A stretch of DNA of 64,000 nucleotides from an uncultured Actinomycetota bacterium (GCA_963824335.1 CAWGPB010000032.1:48769-112768), one strand, 5' to 3'; shown: positions 30,797-40,090, counted from the first letter of the stretch. Numbers and translations: made by a program. Notes: generated by a model from the sequence alone, not told the origin.

Positions 30797-32152
30797 CTAA
30801 GCGCTAAAGAGCAGATACAGGCCGGTGAAGGTGTAACCGACCATGACCAGCATCATGGTGAGCTGCCCGGTGAGCTGATGTCCCGACGGCAGTAGCCGCA
30901 ACGCCCTGTCATGCGCCGCGATCACCGCGACGATGTGGCCGGTCACCACCGACGTCACCTTGACCACGGCCAGCACCGTCGGGTGCAACGACAACAGATA
31001 GGCGACGTGTAGATGGCCCAGCCCGAGGAGATTCCAGTCTCTACCAATCGGGTCGGCCAACGCGAAAACCGCCTGCTGTCCACGCTCGACCAGATATGAC
31101 AGGTAGTGCGCGAAGATGTAGCCCACCACGATCGGGATCAGCGAGTGCGCCAATTGACCCGGTAACGCGCTGCGCCGCTCACGGTCGAGACCTCCGGTGG
31201 CACGCGCAGCCAGCGAGAACGTCGTCGCCACCACCGTGGCGAATACCAGCAACCCCGCGGTGCGCAGTGCGCATGTTGACACTGACACGGGCACACCGTG
31301 CATAGTGCGGGCGAGACCATCGGCGAAGTTACGCCAGGTGGCCGACGACGAGAAGCTGTCGAATGCGGTGGAGCCGAGCAACACCGCCAGCACCGCGACG
31401 ACGCCCGGCCGAATCGGCAGCGACACCAGATGGTCGAACGGGTTGCCGACTGCGATTCGTCGAGTCTTGGGATCGCGACGAAAAGGAGAGAGCCGCGACA
31501 CCGCCATGCTGTACACGCCGAATGGGTCCGCCCGGGCGAACCAGCGTTGCCCGTACACCCATGCCCCGACCAGCAGGACCAGCGAGTAGATCAGCAGCCA
31601 TGTCTCGACCCACGACAGCGCGGCGGGGTTGGGACTAGCCAGTTCCAACCAGACGAAAGCAAACAACCCCAACGCCGCCGGCCAGTACCCCCAGGAATCC
31701 GGGTAGGAGAATCGCGAGCGGGCCAGGCGTTCCGGTGTGATGCGCTGCACCACCAGGTACACGGTGCGCACCGGGGAGACGACCCGCCACACCGGCCCGA
31801 ACAGCAGTGAAATCGCTACCAGCCCAACCCACAACAACACATAGAAGACGCCGAGGAGTGCGTTGGCCTGCGTCTGCGGTCCGCACAGTCCGGCCAGCAA
31901 CACCCACCCCGTGAACGCCAGCACCGCTGCTGCCGCGATGCCTCGGGCGACGTGCGAATCTATGACCGTAGTCACCGCGGCCGGAAGCGGGCGAGCGGGA
32001 TTGTCCGGGTCGAATCGTGGCCGCTTCCACGCGAACGCGACAAGAGCAAAGGTGAACGTCAGCGCCCAGGCTGCGCCGATGACCGAAAAGGCATATGGCA
32101 CCGGAAGATCACTCGACCCGCCGAGGCCGTGGGCCAGGATGGCCTCAGTCAC
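30797..32152 (-). CDS. Polytopic membrane protein (FedB/'fenitrothion hydrolase'-like family, function unknown)
   Basis: About 10 TM segments; N-terminal LAHGLGG..DLPVP; HSLIPIVVGYIFAHY and GHIVAVIAAHD. GTGA overlap with the upstream gene. Confidence 0.8.
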   Translation of the reverse strand: MTEAILAHGLGGSSDLPVPYAFSVIGAAWALTFTFALVAFAWKRPRFDPDNPARPLPAAVTTVIDSHVARGIAAAAVLAFTGWVLLAGLCGPQTQANALLGVFYVLLWVGLVAISLLFGPVWRVVSPVRTVYLVVQRITPERLARSRFSYPDSWGYWPAALGLFAFVWLELASPNPAALSWVETWLLIYSLVLLVGAWVYGQRWFARADPFGVYSMAVSRLSPFRRDPKTRRIAVGNPFDHLVSLPIRPGVVAVLAVLLGSTAFDSFSSSATWRNFADGLARTMHGVPVSVSTCALRTAGLLVFATVVATTFSLAARATGGLDRERRSALPGQLAHSLIPIVVGYIFAHYLSYLVERGQQAVFALADPIGRDWNLLGLGHLHVAYLLSLHPTVLAVVKVTSVVTGHIVAVIAAHDRALRLLPSGHQLTGQLTMMLVMVGYTFTGLYLLFSA

Positions 32153-32511
32153 GGGTTGACGTGGATGGTGGCGACGGTTCGGTCGAGATGATGCAACTCG
32201 ACGTCGACACTGCCCGGAACGTCGACGCTGAATTGGAATGTCTGGTTGGCGGCCGCGGCTACTTCGAACTTGTGGTCAGGCACCGAATGCACGTGCAATT
32301 CGTCAGTGACATCGCTGGTGACGTGCAGTGTGATCGGCTGCCGAACGGTTGCCTGTAAGGTCGCATTGGCCGGCGTCACCTGTCCGTGCGCGATGGTGAT
32401 GTTGACCGAAAGCGCCTCGCCGGTAACCGTTTTCGATGAGCTCGCGCACGCCGTTAGTGCCGCGATCGTCCCGATGAACACGAACGCCGAACGCAGCGCG
32501 ACCGCCCTCAT
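32149..32511 (-). CDS. Cupredoxin-like lipoprotein (120 aa)
   Basis: Lipobox LTAC; beta-strand pattern with DELHVH and VELHH; ATGA overlap with the upstream 619-aa gene. Confidence 0.8.
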   Translation of the reverse strand: MRAVALRSAFVFIGTIAALTACASSSKTVTGEALSVNITIAHGQVTPANATLQATVRQPITLHVTSDVTDELHVHSVPDHKFEVAAAANQTFQFSVDVPGSVDVELHHLDRTVATIHVNP

Positions 32512-34367
32512 GCCGCCTTCGGGGTGGAGTGCTCCAATGCCGGTTCCCGTGGCTGCGGCGGCGCGCTGTCCTTCGCATTGATCCGGCCCGCGCCCCACGT
32601 CAGGAAGCTGATGACCGTCAATGTGAAGAACAGCACGACGACGCCGCCGGCGGTAAACAGCCACGCCGGTACGCCAGGATCGCGTTCGCGCTGCAAGATC
32701 GCTACCTCGAAGGCGAAGTTGCGCGTCCCGTCGGCCAACACCGGAATCTCCGGCACCGGGATGGCTTCGTCGGCTGGCGCCCAGATCGGCACAGCGGCCA
32801 GATCCCGGCCGTCGTGCACACGCAGCAGCGTCTTCCAATCACCCCACACCGGAACCGGTTCGGTGGACACGTAGTGACCCGGCCCGACTTTCTGCAGCCG
32901 GTTGATGAACAGGCCGCGGTGGTTTTCCATCTTGCCTTGCCAGGCCAAAATGGTGACCCAGTCCGGGTGGTCGCCTGCCATGTCGGACGGGTGCAACTGA
33001 ATGTCGGCCGACGCCAGGCGTTGTCCGGGTGGACTAGGCAGGTCGGTCAGCTTGACGGTCGCGGTGTCCTGCTTCGGGACGTTGATATGCAGGCCGTTGG
33101 CGACCGTGCCGCCGATAACGAGCACCGTCAACGCCACGGCGGTGATGCCGAAGGCACGGCCCGGTAGCTGCTGGCTGGTCAGCACCATGCCGAGCAGGGC
33201 CGCGCACACTCCGGCGAAGATGGCCACCGGCACCGCCGTCGGCAGGGCCTCACGCCACAGGTCGACCGGCCAAGGGTAGTGATAGACCTTGTCGATCCAC
33301 AGCGATTCGAGCCACAGGCCCGCCGTGCCGATGCCGAGACCCGACACGGCGCCGAAGAGGATCGGCCGGCGGAACAGCGGGGTGAGCGCGACCAACTCGA
33401 CCACCAGCGCCGGTCCGAGATACAGCGGGAACCAATTGATCGGGGCGCCCAGGATGGGTCCGACGATCAGCGCGACGAGCCCGCGCAGCGCGATCGCGAA
33501 TAGCGCGGCGATGATCGCCGCACCACGGCCGAGCGTCATGCGCGCAACGATGGTTCCGACGGCGGCGGCCGCAGCGATCAGCATCGGCTGGAAGACCAAC
33601 CGGAACTGCGGGACACCGAAGTCGAATTCGATTTGGTAGACCGACATTCCGATCAGCAAGCCACCGCAGGACAGGTAGCGCACGAAGCGGACGAAGGGGC
33701 GGTCTTTCCGCTCGACTGCGCCGTCGGCGGCCGCCTGTGCCTGCAGGTACCGCTCGCCTTCGTACTCCAGCATCAGCACCGCGAAAAGAGAGAAGTTGGC
33801 GCCGCCGATCATCATCAGATGCGTTGGGCCCCACAGTGTCACGTCCTGGCCGAAGATGCGATGCCAGATATCGTCGAGCGGGAAGCCGATCATCGCGTAC
33901 ATTCCGCAGGCTGCCATCAGCAACCCGCCGACCGGCGCGTGCCAGTGACGGGTGATGCGTAGCGCTGCCGGCCCCGGTTGGTCGAACGGCAACACCACGG
34001 CCAGCATGCCGCCTACGAAGATGCCGAACAGGCCGATGATGATGAAGTAGTGCGCCGGATTGGCCAGCGGGCCTGGGTCGCGGCCGTTGCCGATATGCCA
34101 GCTGACGTCCCAAATGAACCCGAACAGGGCGCAGATGATCGAGGTGGTGAACACCAAGACGGGCAGCGCGACCCACGCCGGGCGGTTGAACTTCCCGCCG
34201 AGCCATTCCCCAGCGGTGGTCAACCAGGTTATCCGGTGCGTGCGATGTGCCCAGCCGACGTACAGCATTGCCGCGCTGATGATTCCCGCGGCGATCGTCA
34301 GTCCGATCACCTGGTTGAGGCCCGCGCCGCGCGCTGGCGGCGCAGCTGCAAGAAGCGTTAGATCCAC
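32508..34367 (-). CDS. Polytopic membrane protein with PmoC/AmoC-like His-Asp metal motifs
   Basis: RBS AGGAGG before GTG; WDVSWH...RD...PAH and LDDIWH...GPTH; many TM helices, then an extracytoplasmic beta domain and a final TM helix. Confidence 0.85.
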   Translation of the reverse strand: MDLTLLAAAPPARGAGLNQVIGLTIAAGIISAAMLYVGWAHRTHRITWLTTAGEWLGGKFNRPAWVALPVLVFTTSIICALFGFIWDVSWHIGNGRDPGPLANPAHYFIIIGLFGIFVGGMLAVVLPFDQPGPAALRITRHWHAPVGGLLMAACGMYAMIGFPLDDIWHRIFGQDVTLWGPTHLMMIGGANFSLFAVLMLEYEGERYLQAQAAADGAVERKDRPFVRFVRYLSCGGLLIGMSVYQIEFDFGVPQFRLVFQPMLIAAAAAVGTIVARMTLGRGAAIIAALFAIALRGLVALIVGPILGAPINWFPLYLGPALVVELVALTPLFRRPILFGAVSGLGIGTAGLWLESLWIDKVYHYPWPVDLWREALPTAVPVAIFAGVCAALLGMVLTSQQLPGRAFGITAVALTVLVIGGTVANGLHINVPKQDTATVKLTDLPSPPGQRLASADIQLHPSDMAGDHPDWVTILAWQGKMENHRGLFINRLQKVGPGHYVSTEPVPVWGDWKTLLRVHDGRDLAAVPIWAPADEAIPVPEIPVLADGTRNFAFEVAILQRERDPGVPAWLFTAGGVVVLFFTLTVISFLTWGAGRINAKDSAPPQPREPALEHSTPKAA

Positions 34368-34528
34368 GTTGATCCCTCCTACTGCGCCGATCCGCCCGTG
34401 GTGATTCGGGCGCTCAACTTACCCAAGAGTAGGTAGCCGGCGGGTCCTGCGCTCAAACTTCGCCGGATTTGCTACCGGCGTGTTGTAGTCGGGTTTTTTG
34501 GTAGGTCGTGTCGGCGGCCGGAGTCTGC

Positions 34529-34647
34529 TCGTCGTCGGCGGGGTCAATGGCGCCGCTCCTCCTCATCGCTGCGCTCTCCATCGTCGTCGGCGGGGTTAGT
34601 GGCGCCGCTCCTCCTCATCGCTGCGCTCTGCATCGTCGTCGGCGGGT
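34529..34647 (-). repeat. MIRU-type VNTR (~2.3 copies, 52-bp period)
   Basis: Minus strand CCCGCCGACGACGATG(C/G)AGAGCGCAGCGATGAGGAGGAGCGGCGCCA at 34548-34594 and 34600-34646, plus a partial copy; matches the MIRU consensus. Confidence 0.9.
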
Positions 34648-34769
34648 GTCCGCCGGTCTTTGATCGCGATGTACAAGATGACGGCGACGACAATGACCGC
34701 CGGCAAGAAGGCGGGTCCGGCGAGCAGCAGCCAATGATGCGCGACGTACTCGACATGTGCACTAACCAT
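34596..34769 (-). CDS. Small single-TM membrane protein (57 aa; not in ORF track)
   Basis: Manual translation: MVSAHVEYVAHHWLLLAGPAFLPAVIVVAVILYIAIKDRRTPADDDAERSDEEERRH; GGGAG upstream; C-terminus encoded by the MIRU. Confidence 0.75.
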   Translation of the reverse strand: MVSAHVEYVAHHWLLLAGPAFLPAVIVVAVILYIAIKDRRTPADDDAERSDEEERRH

Positions 34770-34966
34770 TTTCGGTCACTCCCGGGGATCCGCTGACCAC
34801 GGCGAGGGAGTACCCGGCGGCGGCCGGGCGGACCACATGACGTTTGTGCAGGTGCACACCGCTAGCCTAGCCTGGGCACCGTCCAACGCTGGTTGCGTCA
34901 AGCCGGGACCAGATTGCGTCCCGCGCGGATGGACAGGACAAACACACAGACTCAAAGGAGTAGCTG

Positions 34967-36001
34967 GTGACTCAGGCGGCGACTCGGCCAACATCCGAGA
35001 CCGACAGCACCGACATTCTGGCGGTGGCGCGGCGGCAGGTGCTGGAGCGCGGCGAAGGGCTGGGCCAGCAGCAGGTGCTGGAAGTGCTGCAGCTGCCCGA
35101 CGAGCGGCTCGAGGAGCTGCTCGCCCTGGCGCACGAGGTGCGAATGGCCCACTGCGGTCCCGAGGTCGAGGTCGAGGGCATCATCAGCCTGAAAACCGGC
35201 GGCTGCCCAGAGGATTGTCACTTCTGCTCCCAGTCGGGTCTGTTCGCCTCGCCGGTACGCAGCGCATGGCTGGACATCCCGAGCCTGGTCGAGGCGGCCA
35301 AGCAGACCGCCAAGTCCGGCGCCACCGAGTTCTGCATCGTCGCCGCGGTGCGCGGCCCCGACGAGCGGCTGCTCGCCCAGGTGGCCGCGGGCATCGAAGC
35401 CATCCGCGACGCCGTGGACATCCAGATCGCCTGCTCGCTGGGCATGCTGACGGCCGAGCAGGTGGAGCGCCTCGCCGCGATGGGTGTGCACCGCTACAAC
35501 CACAACCTGGAGACCGCACGCTCCTACTTCCCCAACGTCGTCACCACCCACAGCTGGGAAGAGCGCTGGGAGACGCTGTCGATGGTGCGCGAGGCCGGCA
35601 TGGAGGTGTGCTGCGGCGGCATCCTCGGCATGGGCGAGACCGTCGAGCAGCGCGCGGAATTCGCCGCCAACCTGGCCGAGCTGGACCCCGACGAGGTACC
35701 GCTGAACTTCCTCAACCCGCGACCGGGCACGCCGTTCGGCGACCTCGACGTCCTGCCGGCCAGCGAAGCGCTCAAGGCAGTGGCCGCGTTCCGGCTGGCC
35801 CTGCCCCGCACCATGCTTCGGTTCGCCGGTGGCCGGGAGATCACGCTGGGCGACCTGGGCGCCAAGCAGGGCATCCTGGGCGGCATCAACGCGGTGATCG
35901 TCGGCAACTACCTGACCACGCTGGGGCGTCCCGCCGAGGCCGATCTGGAGCTGCTGGACGATTTGCAGATGCCGATCAAGGCGCTCAACGCCAGCCTGTA
36001 G
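34967..36001 (+). CDS. bioB: Biotin synthase
   Basis: CPEDCHFC radical-SAM motif, [26 protein letters not shown]; RBS AAGGAG. Confidence 0.98.
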   Translation: MTQAATRPTSETDSTDILAVARRQVLERGEGLGQQQVLEVLQLPDERLEELLALAHEVRMAHCGPEVEVEGIISLKTGGCPEDCHFCSQSGLFASPVRSAWLDIPSLVEAAKQTAKSGATEFCIVAAVRGPDERLLAQVAAGIEAIRDAVDIQIACSLGMLTAEQVERLAAMGVHRYNHNLETARSYFPNVVTTHSWEERWETLSMVREAGMEVCCGGILGMGETVEQRAEFAANLAELDPDEVPLNFLNPRPGTPFGDLDVLPASEALKAVAAFRLALPRTMLRFAGGREITLGDLGAKQGILGGINAVIVGNYLTTLGRPAEADLELLDDLQMPIKALNASL

Positions 36002-36004
36002 CGC

Positions 36005-36235
36005 GTGATGGTCTCAGATCTGCCCGCACCGGTAGGCGCAGGCGTCTACAACGTCTACACGGGCGACTCGGCCGGCAGCGTCGTGCCGACGGCGGCCCAG
36101 CTCGGCCTCGAGCCGCCCCGGTTCTGCGCCGAGTGCGGCCGCCGGATGGTGGTACAGGTGCGCCCCGACGGCTGGTGGGCGAAATGCTCGCGGCACGGGC
36201 TGGTGGATTCCTCCGAGATCGAGGCGCACCGATGA
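36005..36235 (+). CDS. bsaP: Biotin synthase auxiliary protein (Rv1590 orthologue)
   Basis: [31 protein letters not shown] (CxxC...CxxH), directly after bioB. Confidence 0.85.
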   Translation: MMVSDLPAPVGAGVYNVYTGDSAGSVVPTAAQLGLEPPRFCAECGRRMVVQVRPDGWWAKCSRHGLVDSSEIEAHR

Positions 36236-36861
36236 CCGAGGCGCAGACGCCCGGCGTCCCGCGGGTCACGCGACGGCGGGCAGCCCTCACGGTCGCGGTG
36301 GGTCTGGTGCCGGCTGGCGCGGTCGCGGGTGGGTTGTGGGCGTGGCTCGCCCCACCGATCAACGGCGTCGTGGCGCTGACCCACAGCGGAGAGCGACTCC
36401 ACGACTACCTCGGCAGCGAATCCGATCACTTCTTCGTCGCCGCGTTCCTGATGCTCGGGCTGCTCAACGTGATCGCCGCGGTGGCGGCGGTGCTGGCCTG
36501 GCAGTGGCGGGCGCATCGTGGACCCGGGATGGTCGTCGCACTGTGCACCGGCATGACGATGGCGGCTGCCGCCGCGATCGGCGTCGGCCTCCTGCTGGCC
36601 CACATCCGTTATGGCACGGTGAATTTCGCGACGGTGCCGCTGAGTCGCGACCATCCGCTGCACTACTTCAGGCAGGCGCCGCCGGTCTTCTTCGGCACTT
36701 CGGGCTTGCAGATCGCCTGCACGCTGCTGCTGCCGGCAGCTACTGCTGCCCTGGTGTACGCAGTGCCGGCCGCGGCCACCTCGCGCGACGACCTCGGCAG
36801 CTACCCACCCGTCGAGACGGTGTACCCGCGCGTCGAAAGTGCTACGGCGACAACGTCATAA
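36232..36861 (+). CDS. Membrane protein (Rv1591/DUF2567-like)
   Basis: [33 protein letters not shown]; ATGA overlap with bsaP. Confidence 0.8.
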   Translation: MTEAQTPGVPRVTRRRAALTVAVGLVPAGAVAGGLWAWLAPPINGVVALTHSGERLHDYLGSESDHFFVAAFLMLGLLNVIAAVAAVLAWQWRAHRGPGMVVALCTGMTMAAAAAIGVGLLLAHIRYGTVNFATVPLSRDHPLHYFRQAPPVFFGTSGLQIACTLLLPAATAALVYAVPAAATSRDDLGSYPPVETVYPRVESATATTS

Positions 36862-38193
36862 CGGACGGCGGCGTATCGACTTGCCGGTGATGACTTTGGC
36901 CGCGATCACGCCCAGCCTAGCCATCCCGACGTAGGTCGTCGGGTTGAACATCGTCGGCCACTTCGTCCTGACCAAATGGTCTGACAGCGGCCGGCGGGCG
37001 AAACGATCCTGCAACCAGCGCAAGGCCATCGGCGCCGACAGCGGGTGCAGCAGCAGATGCTCGTTGAACGCATCGCGGTGATAGGTGACATCGGCGCCAC
37101 CGGCGGAGTAGGCATCGGCCAGCCGGTCGATGTCCTCGACGTCGATCAGGTAGTCGTGCACGGCCTGCACGATCAACACCGGTGGTGTGGGCACTTTGGC
37201 GCCCAGCCTGATGCTGTCGAAGACGTGCTGGACCTCGGGCATGGTCAGGATCTCTTCCAGCGGCCGGTCGAGGTAGACGCCGACGTCCTTCTTCACCATC
37301 CGAAGGACCGCGCCGACCGTCGTCATGCTCTCCAGTCGCCGCAGCAGCGCGCGCCCCTCGTCGTTCGCATGCTCCTGGATCACCCGGTTCAGGTCCGGGT
37401 AGACGTGCATCAACGCCGCGATCACCATCGCGGGCAGACCGGAAAGGTAAGTGCCGTTGAGCCGACGGAAGGTGTGGCCGAGGTCGCCGACCGGCGAGCC
37501 GAGGACCGCGCCGACGATGTCGAGCTCGGGTGCGTAGTCGGCACACAGCTCGGCGGCCCATGCGGTCGCCAGCCCGCCACCGGAATAGCCCCACAGCGCC
37601 ACCGGCGCCGACGAGGACAGTCCGAGCCGATCGGAGTTCAGCGCGGCCCGAACGCCGTCGAGGGTGAAGTAGCCGGGCTCGAACGGCGCGCCCCACATTC
37701 CGGCGCGGCCCTCGTGGTCGGGTATCGAAACTGCCCAACCCTCGGCAATGGCGGCGGCGATCAGCAGGAATTCCAGTTGTGCCAGCGAGCCCAGCGCCTG
37801 GGCGCGGCGTCGCAGCGCGTAGGACGGGAAGCAGCGGGACGACACCGCGTCGATCGCGCACTGGTAGGACAGCACTGGGCAGGGGCGGTCGGGAGTGGCA
37901 TCGGCGGGCACGATCACCGTCGTCGCCGTCGCCTCCGGCCGGCCGTTCAGGTCGGTGGTCCGGTACAGCAGCTGGGTGGCCATCGCCCGCTGCGGGATCA
38001 GGCCGAGAAACGCCAGCTCGACGTCGCGCGAACGCAGGACGGTGCCGGGCTCGGCGTGCTGGTATCCGGGCGGCGGCTCGTAGAAGGGGTCGTCGGTCGG
38101 CAGCTGTGGGCGGACCTTGGCCTGCAATTCCTCGTGGGGCGCACGACCGATCCACTCCGCACCGGTTGCGCTTGCAAGGTTGCCAATGTCCAT
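36856..38193 (-). CDS. Secretory lipase (LIP family), Rv1592c orthologue
   Basis: [23 protein letters not shown] nucleophile elbow, EHLLL; start ATG 38193. Confidence 0.9.
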   Translation of the reverse strand: MDIGNLASATGAEWIGRAPHEELQAKVRPQLPTDDPFYEPPPGYQHAEPGTVLRSRDVELAFLGLIPQRAMATQLLYRTTDLNGRPEATATTVIVPADATPDRPCPVLSYQCAIDAVSSRCFPSYALRRRAQALGSLAQLEFLLIAAAIAEGWAVSIPDHEGRAGMWGAPFEPGYFTLDGVRAALNSDRLGLSSSAPVALWGYSGGGLATAWAAELCADYAPELDIVGAVLGSPVGDLGHTFRRLNGTYLSGLPAMVIAALMHVYPDLNRVIQEHANDEGRALLRRLESMTTVGAVLRMVKKDVGVYLDRPLEEILTMPEVQHVFDSIRLGAKVPTPPVLIVQAVHDYLIDVEDIDRLADAYSAGGADVTYHRDAFNEHLLLHPLSAPMALRWLQDRFARRPLSDHLVRTKWPTMFNPTTYVGMARLGVIAAKVITGKSIRRRPL

Positions 38194-38255
38194 CAGGGCA
38201 TTCTTGCTTAAGAACGCTTTAAGAATCCAGTCGGCCTGCCGGGGGTGTACGCGTT

Positions 38256-38967
38256 TTACGCCGAACCCGGAGGTCGCAGCGCTGCGAATTCGTCGGTGAC
38301 GCGCAACTGGGAATCTGCAAAACGGTACAACGCAGCCGGCCGCCCTCCACTGCGTCCGGACTGTGCGACCGTGCCGGTCGGGCTGATCACGCCCCGACGG
38401 GCCAGCACTCGCTGCAGGTTGGTGGTGTCGACCTGGTGGCCCAGGGTGGCGCTGTAGATGTCGCGCAGGGTCGACAACGCGAATTCGGTTGGGCGCCAAG
38501 GCGAAGCCGATGTTCGTGTAGGACATTTTGGCGACCAGCCGGGTGCGGGCGTGGTCGACCATCGTCCCGTGGTCGAACGCCATCTGCGGCAGCGCGGTGA
38601 CCGGATGCCAGCGGGTATCGGGTGGAAGCTCGGGGATGGCGGGGGAGGGCACCAGGCCCAAGAAGGTCGACGCGATCGTTCGGGTGCCGGGCAGTCGATC
38701 CGGCTCGGAGAACACCGCGAGCTGTTCGAGGTGGGCGACCTCGCGCAGGTCGACCTTCTCGGCCAGCTGGCGCCGCACCGACGTCATCATGTCCTCGTCG
38801 TGGCGCAACTGGCCGCCGGGTAGCGACCACGCGCCGCGCTCGGGATCTTGGGCGCGTTGCCACAGCAGAACGCTGAGCTGCGGTGTCGCGGATTTGGGGT
38901 CGGGTCCGAGTCCGCGAATCTGGAACACGACAGCAAGCACTTCGTGCTCAGTGCTACCATGGGGCAT
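38256..38967 (-). pseudogene. nrtR: Nudix-related NAD regulator NrtR, with +1 frameshift near 38491
   Basis: WSLPGG Nudix, [12 protein letters not shown], then wHTH (STLRDIY...NLQRVL...[10 protein letters not shown]) in another frame. Removing one C from GCGCCCAACC restores LAPTEFAL. Confidence 0.9.
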
Positions 38968-38990
38968 GTTTTCGATTGTAAGTCGAAAAC
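38968..38990. promoter_or_regulatory. NrtR operator
   Basis: Perfect palindrome GTTTTCGA-N7-TCGAAAAC between divergent nrtR and nadA. Confidence 0.9.
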
Positions 38991-39015
38991 CTGGTTGTGG
39001 CGAAAGGTTTCGACT

Positions 39016-40090
39016 ATGACAGTCGTGAATCGCACCGATCTGCTGTCGAATGGGCTGGCAGAAGACATGACAGGCGATCTGGCCGCGGGAATCACGAACT
39101 CTCCCAACGGTTACGGGGGCATCGAGGCCGACAAGCAGTGGGCTGCCGAAATCCGTCGGCTCGCCGAGCTGCGCAACGCGACCATCCTGGCGCACAACTA
39201 CCAACTTCCCGCGATCCAGGACATCGCCGATCACGTCGGCGACTCGCTGGCGCTGTCGCGGATCGCGGCCGAGGCGCCCGAAGACACCATCGTGTTCTGC
39301 GGCGTCCACTTCATGGCCGAGACCGCGAAGATCCTCAGCCCCGACAAGACCGTGCTCATCCCGGATCAGCGAGCCGGTTGCTCGCTGGCCGACTCGATCA
39401 CCGTCGACGATCTGCAGGCATGGAAGGACGAACACCCCGGCGCGGTCGTCGTCTCCTACGTCAACACCACCGCCGCGGTGAAGGCGCTCACCGACATCTG
39501 CTGCACGTCGTCCAACGCCGTCGACGTCGTCGCCTCCATCGACCCCGACTGCGAGGTGCTGTTCTGTCCGGATCAGTTCCTCGGCGCGCATGTGCGTCGC
39601 CTGACGGGCCGCGACAACGTGCACGTGTGGGCTGGTGAATGCCACGTGCACGCCGGAATCAACGGCGAGGAACTCACCGAGCAGGCGCGCACAGCACCCT
39701 GATGCAGAACTATTCGTCCACCCCGAGTGCGGCTGCGCGACCTCTGCGCTGTACCTGGCCGGCGAGGGCGCATTCCCGGAAGACCGGGTGAAGATCCTGT
39801 CGACCGGCGGGATGCTGGACGCCGCCCGTGCGACCCAGGCCCGGCAGGTGCTGGTCGCGACCGAGGTCGGGATGTTGTATCAGCTGCGCAATGCCGCCCC
39901 GGATGTCGACTTCCGCGCGGTGAACGACCGCGCGTCCTGCAAGTACATGAAGATGATCACCCCCGCTGCGCTGCTGCGGTGCCTGGTCGAGGGTGCCGAC
40001 GAAGTCCATGTCGATACACAGACGGCGGCGCGCGCACGCACGAGCGTGCAGCGGATGATCTCGATCGGCCAGCCTGGGGGCGGCGAATGA
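39016..40090 (+). pseudogene. nadA: Quinolinate synthase, with +1 frameshift near 39691
   Basis: [35 protein letters not shown] in frame 1; [12 protein letters not shown]...ASCKYMK continues in a shifted frame after GCGCGCACAGCACCCTGAT. Confidence 0.92.

Noticed and set aside
34544-34762. 72-aa ORF in the track
   Set aside because: Wrong frame; the 57-aa TM-containing frame 34596-34769 is far more protein-like.
34853-34865. BioQ-box-like TGCACACCGCTAG upstream of bioB
   Set aside because: Too degenerate versus TGAAC-N3-GTTCA, and no bioQ gene in the window.
27033-34966. Prophage or integrative element at the phiRv1-equivalent site
   Set aside because: No integrase, phage genes, REP13E12 or flanking direct repeats seen.
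34837-36861. 674-aa ORF overlapping bioB
   Set aside because: Alternative-frame shadow of bioB; only the part from ATG 36232 is the Rv1591-like gene.
36856-39651. 931-aa minus-strand ORF in the track
   Set aside because: Composite of antisense nadA, the frameshifted nrtR N-terminus and the lipase; not a single gene.
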